Notes: generated by a model from the sequence alone, not told the origin. 64,000 nucleotides of DNA from an uncultured virus (IMG/VR IMGVR_UViG_3300038424_000856) (IMGVR_UViG_3300038424_000856); one strand, 5' to 3'; shown: positions 35,375 through 46,805, counted from the first letter of the stretch. A program made the numbers and translations.

Positions 35375-38074
35375 ATGATTGCAAATATTTATAACCAAAA
35401 TTTTGGATGGTCTGTAGCATGCGATGGATATTGGGCAGCAGTGGGAAATCCTAGTTTATTTCGTTATGACCCAATGACAAGTAGCCTTACCAGAACAGGT
35501 TCCGTAGAAGTTTATAAATATAATATAAATTCAGATATTCATGATTATAAAACAACTCTTTTTCGCCCTTTAACTCCATCCGAATTGATTTTGTTAACAA
35601 CAGAATATAATAATCCTTTTCCAACAGGTCCAACCGATTATATACAAACAGAATATACAGGTTCCATCCCTTATACTGCAGACTTGGATTTGTCTGTTGA
35701 TACGGGATTATATTATACAGCTTCGGAAGATGGATATGGATTATCATTAGATTTACGTAATACTTTATTAGCAATAGGAAATCCATACTTTACAAGTACA
35801 TTTACATTTATAACGGAGTCTTTTGTTTTTACAGGGTCGGGATATGTTGACCTTTTTGATGTTTCAGTATTAGATATAGACCCTTATGCTAAGAGAATAC
35901 CACCTACAATTACCAGTTATTTCTCTTCATCACTAAATGGGCCTGTGACTGTTCAAGCAAATGTTCCATCAGTACAAAATTATTCATTTGTATTACTTCA
36001 ATCATTGGATTTATTGACTCCGGGAGCTAATTGGATAAACGTGTCAATAGCATCAACATCAAATAGTGGTGGTAATGTAAACATACAAACATTTTATACA
36101 AATACAGACCTTGTAAATTTAAGTCTAAGAACAGTTGGAATAGTTGGAACAAATCCATACTTAACGACAATATATAATCCAAATCCTGTCATAACATCTT
36201 CCTTTGGGTATTCTGTTTCATTAAATGATGAATGGTTGGCTGTAGGTTCACCTCTTGAATCAGGAAGTATGGGAGCAGTATTCATGTTTAGAAAATTGGA
36301 TGAAAATAATCTGAGTTGGTCGTTTTTTCAAACGTTACCACTACCTTCCGATATTGATGTAGATGATGATTTTGGTGCTAGTATTGGAATGAATAAAGCA
36401 TCATCCTCTTTTAGTTGGAGTATGGTTGTTGGAAGTTTGAAATCAAGTGAATCTAGAGCTTATATTTATGAATTTGATGGAACTGAATGGAATAATACGT
36501 TTACTTTGTATCCTGATAGTGGTTCTATTTATCCACTTCCATTTTATCCTACTTTTCCTATAGTTTTAAATTATCCGAATGTTAATGATTCTTTTGGTCA
36601 TTCTGTTTCGATGTATGGTAATACAGTAATGGTAGGAGCACCAACTGACAGAACTATACAAGAATATGAAAATGACAGTTTATCATATACACAAGGTTCT
36701 GTTTATTTCTTTGAAAGATGTGCTAATGCAAACTATGGATATTATTTGGCTAGAAAATCATATGGTAATGAAAAGATTATCAACAATAATATGTTAGGTT
36801 GGTCGGTGAGTGTTTATGATCAATATGCTGTAGCAGGAGTTCCAAAAATAAATGCTTTATCTTCTTCAATTTGTTATCTTCGAGGTTCTTTATTCCAAAA
36901 ATGGTTTTGTGGAGATAGTCCTGATGCTCTTTTAAATGGGCAATTTATTTTATATAACAAAAACACAGGTTCTATACCCGACACAACTAATATTGATTGG
37001 GATATATCCAATATTTATCAAGTTAAAAAACAGTTTTTGTCACCATATCGTGTGTATGGGTGGGATGCAAATATTAGTAATCAATTCATCATAATAGGTT
37101 CTCCTATGTTGATATCAGGGTCAAACACTATCATGGATTTGAGTCCTTTTACGGGAAGCTTTACTGGTAGTGTGGATGTTATTGGCGACCTTAGTGGAAA
37201 ATCTTACATTTATAATCTTAAAAATCTTCGCCCAAATTTTTATGTTGGTAATGTTTTTTATAGAAACGGTAAAATGGTTATTATGACTTCTGGTTCAAAT
37301 TTTGAGGGATTACAACTCAGTAATACTGTTAATGAATATGATTATGATATAGAATTCACATCTTCTCAGACCATATTTGAAAAACAAGTTGTTTGTCCTG
37401 TTGATATAGGAGAATTTAACGTTAGTACCAATCCAACAGCAATTATATTTCCAAATGCCGAATTTGATATAAATCAAAATGGCAAATTTGATTTTCAAGA
37501 TGCAGATGTATTACTTAGGTATATGGCCTACAAGAATACTGAAGTAACAGGACAACCAAATACTGATTGGAGTTCTTCAATTGTTGATACTACTACAAAT
37601 GAAGAACCAGCTGTGTTTAAGATGTATTCATCTTTTTGGGTTGGAACAGATAATTTATTTGCCTCAAGTTATTCCACCATAAATAATACTATGTATGGAG
37701 ATTTGGATTTTAACAATGATAATAAAATTGATAATAATGACATGTATATTTTGTGGAAATACTTTATTTACAGATTAACACAGAAAAATTATAATCTTTA
37801 TATTACTCCAAATTCACAGAACAAATTTTTGGCTAATATTCTTGATTATATGAATAGTAAAACTCTTCGTGGTCAACCACCGATGATTAATCCTACCTTT
37901 TTAGAATATGAAAGTTTAGTCAAGCAGGACCCAACGGGTTCATATTTGGCACCTACAGTAACTTCAATTGGATTATATGATGGATGTGATTTAGTAGCCA
38001 TAGCAAAATTGGGTTCGCCAATCAAAATTACCCCAGATTTTCCTATTAATTTTGTGGTGAAAATAGATTTCTAA
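35375..38074 (+). CDS. Tail protein with FG-GAP repeats and dockerin/EF-hand-like motifs
   Basis: FGWSV, FGYSV..LAVGSP, FGHSV..MVGAP; DINQNGKFDFQDA and DFNNDNKIDNND; C-terminal IGLYD..LVAIAKL. Confidence 0.75.
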   Translation: MIANIYNQNFGWSVACDGYWAAVGNPSLFRYDPMTSSLTRTGSVEVYKYNINSDIHDYKTTLFRPLTPSELILLTTEYNNPFPTGPTDYIQTEYTGSIPYTADLDLSVDTGLYYTASEDGYGLSLDLRNTLLAIGNPYFTSTFTFITESFVFTGSGYVDLFDVSVLDIDPYAKRIPPTITSYFSSSLNGPVTVQANVPSVQNYSFVLLQSLDLLTPGANWINVSIASTSNSGGNVNIQTFYTNTDLVNLSLRTVGIVGTNPYLTTIYNPNPVITSSFGYSVSLNDEWLAVGSPLESGSMGAVFMFRKLDENNLSWSFFQTLPLPSDIDVDDDFGASIGMNKASSSFSWSMVVGSLKSSESRAYIYEFDGTEWNNTFTLYPDSGSIYPLPFYPTFPIVLNYPNVNDSFGHSVSMYGNTVMVGAPTDRTIQEYENDSLSYTQGSVYFFERCANANYGYYLARKSYGNEKIINNNMLGWSVSVYDQYAVAGVPKINALSSSICYLRGSLFQKWFCGDSPDALLNGQFILYNKNTGSIPDTTNIDWDISNIYQVKKQFLSPYRVYGWDANISNQFIIIGSPMLISGSNTIMDLSPFTGSFTGSVDVIGDLSGKSYIYNLKNLRPNFYVGNVFYRNGKMVIMTSGSNFEGLQLSNTVNEYDYDIEFTSSQTIFEKQVVCPVDIGEFNVSTNPTAIIFPNAEFDINQNGKFDFQDADVLLRYMAYKNTEVTGQPNTDWSSSIVDTTTNEEPAVFKMYSSFWVGTDNLFASSYSTINNTMYGDLDFNNDNKIDNNDMYILWKYFIYRLTQKNYNLYITPNSQNKFLANILDYMNSKTLRGQPPMINPTFLEYESLVKQDPTGSYLAPTVTSIGLYDGCDLVAIAKLGSPIKITPDFPINFVVKIDF

Positions 38075-38104
38075 CTATATTTATAAACAACGGAGACATA
38101 TTAT

Positions 38105-38377
38105 ATGCCAACACCAATTACAAGACCATCATTAACAACAACCCTAGCAGAGAGATATGAAACTCAACCTGTTGGTGGAGCATTTGATGCTAGAGATATT
38201 ATTGAAAGCGGAGTAGATGCATTATTTGCAAGTATGCAGGGTGCAGAATTTCAAGTAAAAAATGGATTTTTAACCAAAGAACAATTGGAAGTTTCTGATT
38301 TTATAAATGATGGAAATGGATTATCCATATATGTTCAGGGATTGGATACTAAAAAATACGATTCAGCTATTGGTTAA
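38105..38377 (+). CDS. Hypothetical late protein
   Basis: 90 aa; ATATTTATA and GGAG upstream. Confidence 0.7.
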   Translation: MPTPITRPSLTTTLAERYETQPVGGAFDARDIIESGVDALFASMQGAEFQVKNGFLTKEQLEVSDFINDGNGLSIYVQGLDTKKYDSAIG

Positions 38378-38432
38378 ATTTAATTAAAAGTTTTATAAAA
38401 TCCTATATATTATTGTTATATAGGATTTTATT

Positions 38433-38945
38433 ATGTCCAATATTGTTTTAGGTCTTGATGCATCAACATCCATAGTTGGGTGGGGATTTGCACAAAGTGG
38501 TTCAGTAATGGATGCTGGTTTCCTTAATGTTTCAAAATTTGAAACTAACAAGGAAAAAGGAAAATTTGTTATAGATTTTTTGTTAAAACATTCTTTAATC
38601 ACTTCAGTTGACCATATTAATCTCGAAGCTGCATTGTCAGGATTTGGTGGTGGCCTTACTTCTCAACAAACTATTATTACTCTTTCAAGATGGAATTCTG
38701 TGTTTGAATATATGTTGTCTGAATATTTCAAATTTCCAATTGCTCTTTGTAATGTTAATACTATGAGAAAAAAAGTATTTGGTAAAGCAAGGATAAAAGG
38801 AATCAAACCCAAAGATTATGTTAAACAACAAATCCCTTTGATAGTACCTAATATATCCAAGTTTGAGAAATTAAATAAACGGGGTAAGTGGGATGCGCAT
38901 AATAGTGATATGTATGATGCTATAGTTTGTGCTTTATTTGGCTAA
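38433..38945 (+). CDS. ruvC: RuvC-like Holliday junction resolvase
   Basis: VLGLDASTSIVGW, INLE, DMYDA. Confidence 0.85.
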   Translation: MSNIVLGLDASTSIVGWGFAQSGSVMDAGFLNVSKFETNKEKGKFVIDFLLKHSLITSVDHINLEAALSGFGGGLTSQQTIITLSRWNSVFEYMLSEYFKFPIALCNVNTMRKKVFGKARIKGIKPKDYVKQQIPLIVPNISKFEKLNKRGKWDAHNSDMYDAIVCALFG

Positions 38946-38965
38946 TCAATATATTTATAAACTAT

Positions 38966-39712
38966 ATGCCAAATTACGACAAATACACTTTAGCAGGCAA
39001 ACAACCTTGGCAAACATGGACCCAACTCGTTGAGTATGTTACAGAATCTTCGTCTTTTACGGATGGTTCGGGAAATGTATTGACTCAAAGTATAAATTTA
39101 ACTGCAAGTAATGCAATTAGTTCTAGTTATACCATTACTTCTTCATTTGATTTTATATCAGTAATGTCAATTACTTCTTCATTTGCTACTCAGTCTATTA
39201 GCGCAAGTTATTTAAGTGGTTCTGCTACTGGTTCATTTACAGGGTCATATACTGGTTCATTTTATGGAACTGCTTCGTGGGTAATTAATGCTATTTCTTC
39301 AAGTTATTTGAGTGGTTCATCAACAGGCTCATTTATGGGGTCATTTACAGGTTCATGCGTTGGGACTTCTAGTTGGGCAAATAATGCAATCACAGCATCT
39401 CAAGGTGCTTTTGCTTGGGCAAGTATGGTAACTTCTTTAACTTCATCTGCGATAAGCAAATCATATAATTGCTATCTTTCTCGTTCAAGTACTGGAATGT
39501 ATTGTATTGGTTTTAACAATCCAGCAGCAAGTATTTATTATGCAGCAATCTTTAATGGATGGAGTGGTAGTAGTTCTTCATCTGTAACTGCTTCGTTTGG
39601 AGTTCCTTTTAATATGAATCCGGAAGGATTTACAATGTCAACAGTTTTACTTACCGCTTCAAATGCTATAGCTGATTTTGTTTCTGGAAGTTTAGTAGTG
39701 TTTAGTTATTAA
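38966..39712 (+). CDS. Tail fibre-like protein
   Basis: GSFTGS and ASYA/SSW repeats; RSSTGMYCI.F tip motif. Confidence 0.65.
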   Translation: MPNYDKYTLAGKQPWQTWTQLVEYVTESSSFTDGSGNVLTQSINLTASNAISSSYTITSSFDFISVMSITSSFATQSISASYLSGSATGSFTGSYTGSFYGTASWVINAISSSYLSGSSTGSFMGSFTGSCVGTSSWANNAITASQGAFAWASMVTSLTSSAISKSYNCYLSRSSTGMYCIGFNNPAASIYYAAIFNGWSGSSSSSVTASFGVPFNMNPEGFTMSTVLLTASNAIADFVSGSLVVFSY

Positions 39713-39718
39713 AAATAT

Positions 39719-39747
39719 TTGACTCTCAACTTTTTATAATTTAGCAT
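39719..39747 (+). promoter_or_regulatory. Sigma70-type promoter of the primase gene
   Basis: TTGACT-N17-TAGCAT; ATG at 39755. Confidence 0.65.
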
Positions 39748-39754
39748 TTCTTAG

Positions 39755-40687
39755 ATGCTAAAGGAATCACAATTATTTTCTCTTCTTGATAAGGTATTGA
39801 ACCAAATTTCTTATATCCGGAAGGGTGAAGAAGCAGTTTATTTCTGTCCATTTTGTTCACACTATAAAAGAAAATTGGAAGTCAATGTTAGAACTCAAGA
39901 ATGGCATTGTTGGGTTTGTAACTCTTGTGGCAGGTCCATTAGTTCGCTTTTTTATAAACTTAAAGTCAAAGAAGCTTATTTTGATGAATTGTATAAAATT
40001 GTAGGGAAATCGTGGAAGCGAATTATAACAGAAGTAGAGCGACCAAAAAATTTATCTTTACCAAACGAATTTATACCTCTTTGGAAACCATCAAAATCGT
40101 TTGATTATGGACATGCTATAGAATATCTTGGAGATAGAAGAGTTACAATGGATGATATTCTTCGTTATAATATTGGTTATTGTGAAGAGGGTATCTATAA
40201 ACAAAGAATTCTAGTTCCATCCTATGATAAAGATGGTAATGTAAACTTTTTTGCAGCTAGAGCTTACCATGAAGGAAATTGGTATAAATATATGTTACCA
40301 CCTTGGTCCAAAGATATTATTGGATTTGAGTTATTTGTGAATTGGCATGAACCCATAACATTAGTGGAAGGCACGTTTGATGCAATGTCAGTTAGAAATA
40401 ATGCAATACCTCTGTTCGGAACTACATTACCATTTTCCTTAAAACTGGCAGTTGTATCTAATAAAGTTAAGAGGGTTAATATTGTTTTGGATAATGATGC
40501 ATTAAAACAAGCAGTGGATATTTTTGACAGAATTGAGGATTTACAAGTTAATCAAATTGATATTCATTTAATCAGATTGGGAGAAAAAGACCCATCTATT
40601 CTTGGATTTGAAGCAGTAAATGAATTGATTGAGAAGTCAAAAGCTTTTGATTTTTCGGACATAATTAAAGCAAGACTTGATAGATAA
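39755..40687 (+). CDS. dnaG: DNA primase
   Basis: CPFC...WHCWVC zinc finger, YL..R, TOPRIM LVEGTFDA and LDNDA. Confidence 0.92.
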   Translation: MLKESQLFSLLDKVLNQISYIRKGEEAVYFCPFCSHYKRKLEVNVRTQEWHCWVCNSCGRSISSLFYKLKVKEAYFDELYKIVGKSWKRIITEVERPKNLSLPNEFIPLWKPSKSFDYGHAIEYLGDRRVTMDDILRYNIGYCEEGIYKQRILVPSYDKDGNVNFFAARAYHEGNWYKYMLPPWSKDIIGFELFVNWHEPITLVEGTFDAMSVRNNAIPLFGTTLPFSLKLAVVSNKVKRVNIVLDNDALKQAVDIFDRIEDLQVNQIDIHLIRLGEKDPSILGFEAVNELIEKSKAFDFSDIIKARLDR

Positions 40688-40886
40688 AGATTATAGAAAA
40701 TGTTATAAAATTTATTGATAACAATTTGGTTAAACCGTATATTGAAATGAGAATGAATGGGAAATCGTGTAAAGAATTTAGTGAATATATTATGTCTGCT
40801 ATGAATAAATTTAGTGTAAAAGAACAAGAAACATTACAACTTTTATTTATGCTTAGAATTGCTCTTCTTACAATAAAATCATTGAA

Positions 40887-41390
40887 ATGATGAAAAGTTT
40901 AGAACTAAATTGGATTCGTAGAAAGGTAGATAAAACCATCCCTTTCCCAGAAGTGTTGTTTTTTCCATTTACTAGTGGTAGAGCTGGTAGTTATTACAAT
41001 CCATCCCCGAAGAATGAAATATATGATATTGATGGAAAGCCCCATTCTCTAAAATATGGTGCAATTGTTGTTAGCAGTAAATATGACAATAAAGTACAGA
41101 AAAATATTATTGCACATGAATGGCGTCACCATTGGCAATACTTCAAAGGTATAGAAAAAGAAACGCCAAAATGTAAAGCTACCCAAATAACAAAAGAAAA
41201 TTATAATGATATAGCAAGATTGTATTTTACCACATCAAAAACTGAATTAGATGCTCTTCGATTCTCATATATTCATGCAGGGTTTCTTAGCAACTATGAA
41301 CCTTGGGAAGAATTATTTTACGATTTAATAAAGGATTTAAGAGTAAAACCTATTATAACTTATGGCAATCAAGCACTTAATAACAAATAA
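40887..41390 (+). CDS. Zincin-like metallopeptidase
   Basis: IIAHEWRHHWQY with downstream ELDA. Confidence 0.7.
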   Translation: MMKSLELNWIRRKVDKTIPFPEVLFFPFTSGRAGSYYNPSPKNEIYDIDGKPHSLKYGAIVVSSKYDNKVQKNIIAHEWRHHWQYFKGIEKETPKCKATQITKENYNDIARLYFTTSKTELDALRFSYIHAGFLSNYEPWEELFYDLIKDLRVKPIITYGNQALNNK

Positions 41391-44300
41391 AAAATTCAGC
41401 CATATAGTTCATTTATCGGACATTCATATTCGGCTCACAAAAAGACATGAAGAATATAAAGAAGTATTTTCAAGACTGTTTGATAAAATATTAAAAACGC
41501 CATTAACAACTGCAATCTTTGTTATTGGTGATGTAGTTAATAGTAAAATTGATTTGAGTCCTGAATGTGTGGATTTAGCTGCTGATTTTTTGTTTGAGTT
41601 GGCCTCACTACGACCTACTGTTCTTGTTGCAGGTAATCATGATACAAATCTGACAAATCGCAATAGAATGGATAGTTTAACTCCTATTGTGGATGCATTA
41701 AATCATCCATCTCTTTTCTATCTCAAGAAATCAGGTCTTTATGGATTAGGTAATATTTGTATAAATAACTATAGTGTATTCGATTCACCTGACAAATACA
41801 TGGAGAAACGGTATATACCTGATATTTATAAAAACCAATATGAATATTTCATTGTTACATATCACGGACAAGTTGATGGAGCTAAAACAGACCTTGGGTT
41901 CACTCTAACCAATCCTTTAATTACTACTCATACATTTGATGGTCATGATATCGTTTTATTGGGTGATATTCACAAAGAACAAACTCTTCAAATATATGAC
42001 GAAGAAGAATCCAAACCTGCTATAAGATATGTGGGGTCACTTATTCAACAAAAACACGATGAACCCATAAAGGGCCACGGTTATTCGTTTTGGAATTTAG
42101 GGCAAAGAGATTATATTCATTCAGACATTCCAAATGATTATGGGTTTTTAAGTGTTCTTCTTAATAATGGCGTCATTTCTACCTCTTTGAATAACCTTCC
42201 TAAGAAGGCTAGAGTTCGTTTTCAGCTAAAAAATACAATGCCTACCGAAGTCAAGGAAGCTCTGACTCACGTTAGGCAACTGACGGAAGTTGTTGAATCA
42301 TGTTATCAAAAGTTGGATTCAGGAATTTCTTTAGCGAAGATTTCAACAGCTAATGGCAATGTGATTTTGGGTAATATTAACGATAAAAACTATCAAGTTG
42401 ACCTTCTAAAAGAATTTCTGAAAACTAAACTTAAAATTATCGACCAATCCTTTATTGATGGAATCATCAAGATAAATGATGAAATGAATGATTTGGTAAA
42501 GAAAGATGATTTTGCCAGAAATATTCGTTGGATTCCAATCAAATTTGAATGGGAAAACATGTTTTCTTACGGTGAAAAGAATATTATTGATTTTACAAAA
42601 ATGAGGGACCTTGTAGGTTTATTTGCAGCAAATACTTCTGGAAAGTCCAGTATATTTTCTGCAATGACATTTTGTTTATTTGATAAATGTGAAAGAGAAT
42701 TTAAAGCAGCCAACATAATGAATGTTCATAAAACCAGTTTTAATTGTAAATTTGAATTTGAAATTGACGGTAAAAGATACTTCATTAAACGAGAAGGTAA
42801 AACTGATAAAAAAGATAAAGTCAAAGTTGATGTTCGTTTTTGGAAAATTAAAAATGGCCAAGAAGTGGATTTGAATGGTGAACAAAGAAAAGATACAAAT
42901 GAAATTATTAGAGAATATTTGGGGTCTTATGATGATTTTGTATTAACTTCCTTGAGTGTTCAGAGTGGTAAAAACAATGCTTCCATTATTGATATGGGTG
43001 ATACAGACCGCAAAGATTTGTTTGCTCAGTTTATGGGATTAACAATATTTGATAGACTTTACACAGAAGCTAATCAAAAGCTAAAAGAACAAATTGTAAC
43101 TCTCAAAGCCTATAGAAATGATGATTATACGCAAAAATTGGTGAATTATACCAATCTTCTTGGACAGGCTGAAGGTTTATATCATGATGAAACTGAAGTA
43201 TTGGCTGAACTTGGAAAGATTAAGGAAAGAATTCAACAGAATATTTTAGACGAAACCCGAAAATTGATTAAAATTGATTATGAAATACCTCTTTTGTCAG
43301 CAAGTCAGTCCCATTTGGATAAAGCTAAATTGAATATAACCATTAAAAAATCGGACATTGTCGGTGTTGAAAAGAAAGTGGAAAAGTTGTCGGGACAACT
43401 GATAACAGTTGAAAATGAAATAAAGATATTGGAATTAAAAAAGATAGATATCGTGTATGTAACTTATCAAAAACTTGTAGCTAGAAGACAAGACGTTGAG
43501 AACGCACGAGCAAGAATAAAATTGAATTATGAACATGACATTCAAATTTGTAAAAATGCTGAAATGCTTGAATATGACTCTGCTTGCTCATACTGTGTTA
43601 AAAATGCAGGTAAAGTAGCAACCGAAGCTGAAGAAGCTAAAAAACGAATTGTTAAACTTAAAGAAGATGCAACCAATTTAAAAAAGGAAAATGAACTTAT
43701 TGATGTACAAATTGGTGAATCTTCATGGGCTCATGGAGCTAATCTAAAACATATGGGCCTTCTCAAAAAACGAAATGACTTAAAAGATACAAAGTTACAA
43801 TTTACTAATCAACTTAATTTATTACATCAATCTTTGGCAAAAATTGAAGAAGAAGTTAAGCTTCATGAAAAAAATATAGAATTATACAATAAAAGTAGTG
43901 AATCAATATTGATTAATGAAAAAATTAACAAACAAATCAATGATTACAAACGAGTTTTAGAAGAAACAGAATATTCTTACAAAGAAAAAAATAAAAGTGT
44001 CATGGATATCAATAGTAAAATTTCTGTATGTAAGAATCAAATTTCAGAAATCAATCGTAAAATTGACCAAATTAAAATTGTAGAACAAAAATATAAACTT
44101 TATGAAGTGTATTGTCAAGCTGTCAGTAGAGATGGAATTCCGTTCGGTGTAATCACAGCCACCGTTCCAGAAATTCAAAATGAAGTTAATAATATTTTGA
44201 GTCAAGTTACTGATTTTACATCGATATTTGAAACTGATGGCAAAAATGTAGTTCCCTATATTGTTTATAATGACAAAAAATGGTTGATGAGTTTAACTAG

Positions 44301-44571
44301 TGGGTTTGAAAAATTTGCTTTATCTTTAGCCATCCGCATAGCTTTGATAAATATTTCAAATTTACCAAGACCCAATTTTCTTATTATAGATGAAGGTTTT
44401 GGGGTATTGGATGCAGAGAATTTGGCCTCAATGCAAACGTTATTTTCTTATTTGAAGACTAATTTTGATTTTATCATAATAGTTTCGCATTTAGAATCTC
44501 TTCGTGATATAGTGGATAAACACATTGAAATAATTAAAGATAAGGGGTTTTCTAAAGTCAATTTCATTTAA
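41362..44571 (+). CDS. Fused Mre11/SbcD nuclease and Rad50/SbcC ATPase (gp47-gp46-like)
   Basis: SDIH, GD, GNHD, GDIH; Walker A NTSGKS; CSYC hook; SGFE signature; IIDEGFG; VSH. Confidence 0.92.
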   Translation: MAIKHLITNKKFSHIVHLSDIHIRLTKRHEEYKEVFSRLFDKILKTPLTTAIFVIGDVVNSKIDLSPECVDLAADFLFELASLRPTVLVAGNHDTNLTNRNRMDSLTPIVDALNHPSLFYLKKSGLYGLGNICINNYSVFDSPDKYMEKRYIPDIYKNQYEYFIVTYHGQVDGAKTDLGFTLTNPLITTHTFDGHDIVLLGDIHKEQTLQIYDEEESKPAIRYVGSLIQQKHDEPIKGHGYSFWNLGQRDYIHSDIPNDYGFLSVLLNNGVISTSLNNLPKKARVRFQLKNTMPTEVKEALTHVRQLTEVVESCYQKLDSGISLAKISTANGNVILGNINDKNYQVDLLKEFLKTKLKIIDQSFIDGIIKINDEMNDLVKKDDFARNIRWIPIKFEWENMFSYGEKNIIDFTKMRDLVGLFAANTSGKSSIFSAMTFCLFDKCEREFKAANIMNVHKTSFNCKFEFEIDGKRYFIKREGKTDKKDKVKVDVRFWKIKNGQEVDLNGEQRKDTNEIIREYLGSYDDFVLTSLSVQSGKNNASIIDMGDTDRKDLFAQFMGLTIFDRLYTEANQKLKEQIVTLKAYRNDDYTQKLVNYTNLLGQAEGLYHDETEVLAELGKIKERIQQNILDETRKLIKIDYEIPLLSASQSHLDKAKLNITIKKSDIVGVEKKVEKLSGQLITVENEIKILELKKIDIVYVTYQKLVARRQDVENARARIKLNYEHDIQICKNAEMLEYDSACSYCVKNAGKVATEAEEAKKRIVKLKEDATNLKKENELIDVQIGESSWAHGANLKHMGLLKKRNDLKDTKLQFTNQLNLLHQSLAKIEEEVKLHEKNIELYNKSSESILINEKINKQINDYKRVLEETEYSYKEKNKSVMDINSKISVCKNQISEINRKIDQIKIVEQKYKLYEVYCQAVSRDGIPFGVITATVPEIQNEVNNILSQVTDFTSIFETDGKNVVPYIVYNDKKWLMSLTSGFEKFALSLAIRIALINISNLPRPNFLIIDEGFGVLDAENLASMQTLFSYLKTNFDFIIIVSHLESLRDIVDKHIEIIKDKGFSKVNFI

Positions 44572-44588
44572 TGAGCCTATTTATAGGC

Positions 44589-46805
44589 ATGGCATTAAAT
44601 TTGTTAAATAGTTTTGGGGTTGGGGGAACGGATTATGGTCTATATACAATGCAGGCAGATGTGATTGATACACAATATCTTTCACAGTTTTTTGTTATTT
44701 CTGAATTTAATCCACAATTTACCGCTGGTAAAAATTCTTTTTCTTTTAATGGATCTACTTATCTTAAATCCGGTAGTCAAATTCTTATAGAATGTTTGGA
44801 TTCTCAAGGCAATGCCCTTCATATTGAATTGGCACAATCTTCTAATGTTTCTTCTATAACTTATGCTTATAAGGAAGGAACATCCTATATTTTTTCTATA
44901 TATGTTTTCGGTGATACATCAGATGGTGTTGGTAAAATAATTTTATATGGAACATTAATTGATGGAAGAACGGTAAAATGGATACAAAATATTACCATCA
45001 ATAAAACTTTAAAAAATATTTCAAGAGTAAGATTTTATCGAACACCTGTGTTAGAAGTTGCGTCTGCTGAAGTTCCTGTTTTAAATTCTAGTATATCTAC
45101 GGGGTTGGTGAGTAATGAACTGTTTACAGGAACAGTTCAGGGTTTAGCAATAAGTCCTCCAAAAGATACTAATTTATCTACAATTAATAAACGCAATACG
45201 AATATAGATTATAGATTGACATTGTTATCTCCTATTGTTACGGATACTACTCCTGACCCGAATGCTTTTAATTCGCAAATGGTGGGTGCTACCATCAATC
45301 TCAATATCAATACTATACAATCACCGTTATCTCAAACTAATATTCCCGTTTCTGCTACAGCATCTTACACTATTACCAGTGTTATAAACAATAGCACCAT
45401 CCAAATTTCTACACCTTATTATTATAGTGACCAATATGGTAATAGTACGATAACTAATATAGTAAATGCAAACTTTTCAATTCAATATCCATTTATAGCA
45501 TATAATAATGCTACATCCAGTTATCAAACAACAATTATAGGTGGAATTCCATACATTGTTCAGCAATCATATGCTGATATAACTTATAGAAATATTAGGA
45601 CATTTTCAGGTTATGTGGCTCGTCATAAAGTGTATAGAAAAAGTTTATTATCTACTGCGGACTTTTCAATAGTTGCAGATGAACCTATTATTGCAAATGA
45701 ATTACTAGAAGATGATATAACTCAAAATGCGTTTTATGATTTATTGGGTAAATTTTATAATGATGAACATATAGCTCGTTATTGGTTTACGAGTTCCAAT
45801 AATATATCATTGATTCATTCTCCAAGTTTTGCTATTGATTCTATGTTTATATCTTCTCCATCATATACCAGTTTGTCAGGGAGCGATTATTTCATGGTTA
45901 AAAGTGATTCTGTAACAACGGATAAAAATGCTATTTATGTTCCCTTTGATATGAATCAGTTTTTGGAGGAATCGGGGTCTTCTTATGATTCAAATTTTAT
46001 AGCTCTAAAAGCTAATGTTCAATATATTATAGAAGTTTCTGCAGTTGTAATAAAAAACCCATCAGAAACAACGGCTGGATTATCATTTTATTTTACCAGT
46101 TCAATTCCTACAGCTCAACAAGAACCTACTTATAATAATACTTTTGGTATCAATATTGCCAATTTAGTGGCTAATATTACTTCTTCACAAGTCAATTTTG
46201 ACAATGTAATTGCTTTTTATACACCTCAAAATGATTTATTTGGGACATTGGTGATTGTACCAAGACTTTGCCAATCATATATTAAAAATATTTCATTTAG
46301 GGTTTATGGTGATGATGGATTTTCACCTGATGTGTTTGTTACACAGATTCCTTGGCCTATTTCTGTAGCTAATGAATGCTTTGATATTAAAGCTGAACTA
46401 TTTGATATCAATAATAGTTTAGTTTATTCAGATTTGGAGACATTGCAAAGTTTTGACCCATCAGGTAGCACATTGATACCATATATACCGGGGGGAGGGG
46501 GTTATCAAAATTTAGTTGTTACAGGAAGTTTGTTTGTACCAAACTTACCAGCAAGACCCGGTGGTTCTGCTATAAGCCAAAGTAGAGTGTTATCGGTTAG
46601 AGCTGATGGTGCTATTGTTTTTGACCCGATTGTTGATATTACTTATGATAATACATATTTGTATTTAACTTTAGATAATTCATCTAATAGACTGGATACA
46701 TTACACATTTCTACAAAAAGGTCATTGGTTTCTGAATATGATTCATTAGCAGGGAGAAAAATTTATTGGTCAGGTAGTACTAAAATAATTGAAACCAGTC
46801 CATAA
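44589..46805 (+). CDS. Virion structural protein
   Basis: Ser/Thr/Asn-rich beta protein; FTAGKNSF..GS.YL; late motif at 44577. Confidence 0.65.
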   Translation: MALNLLNSFGVGGTDYGLYTMQADVIDTQYLSQFFVISEFNPQFTAGKNSFSFNGSTYLKSGSQILIECLDSQGNALHIELAQSSNVSSITYAYKEGTSYIFSIYVFGDTSDGVGKIILYGTLIDGRTVKWIQNITINKTLKNISRVRFYRTPVLEVASAEVPVLNSSISTGLVSNELFTGTVQGLAISPPKDTNLSTINKRNTNIDYRLTLLSPIVTDTTPDPNAFNSQMVGATINLNINTIQSPLSQTNIPVSATASYTITSVINNSTIQISTPYYYSDQYGNSTITNIVNANFSIQYPFIAYNNATSSYQTTIIGGIPYIVQQSYADITYRNIRTFSGYVARHKVYRKSLLSTADFSIVADEPIIANELLEDDITQNAFYDLLGKFYNDEHIARYWFTSSNNISLIHSPSFAIDSMFISSPSYTSLSGSDYFMVKSDSVTTDKNAIYVPFDMNQFLEESGSSYDSNFIALKANVQYIIEVSAVVIKNPSETTAGLSFYFTSSIPTAQQEPTYNNTFGINIANLVANITSSQVNFDNVIAFYTPQNDLFGTLVIVPRLCQSYIKNISFRVYGDDGFSPDVFVTQIPWPISVANECFDIKAELFDINNSLVYSDLETLQSFDPSGSTLIPYIPGGGGYQNLVVTGSLFVPNLPARPGGSAISQSRVLSVRADGAIVFDPIVDITYDNTYLYLTLDNSSNRLDTLHISTKRSLVSEYDSLAGRKIYWSGSTKIIETSP

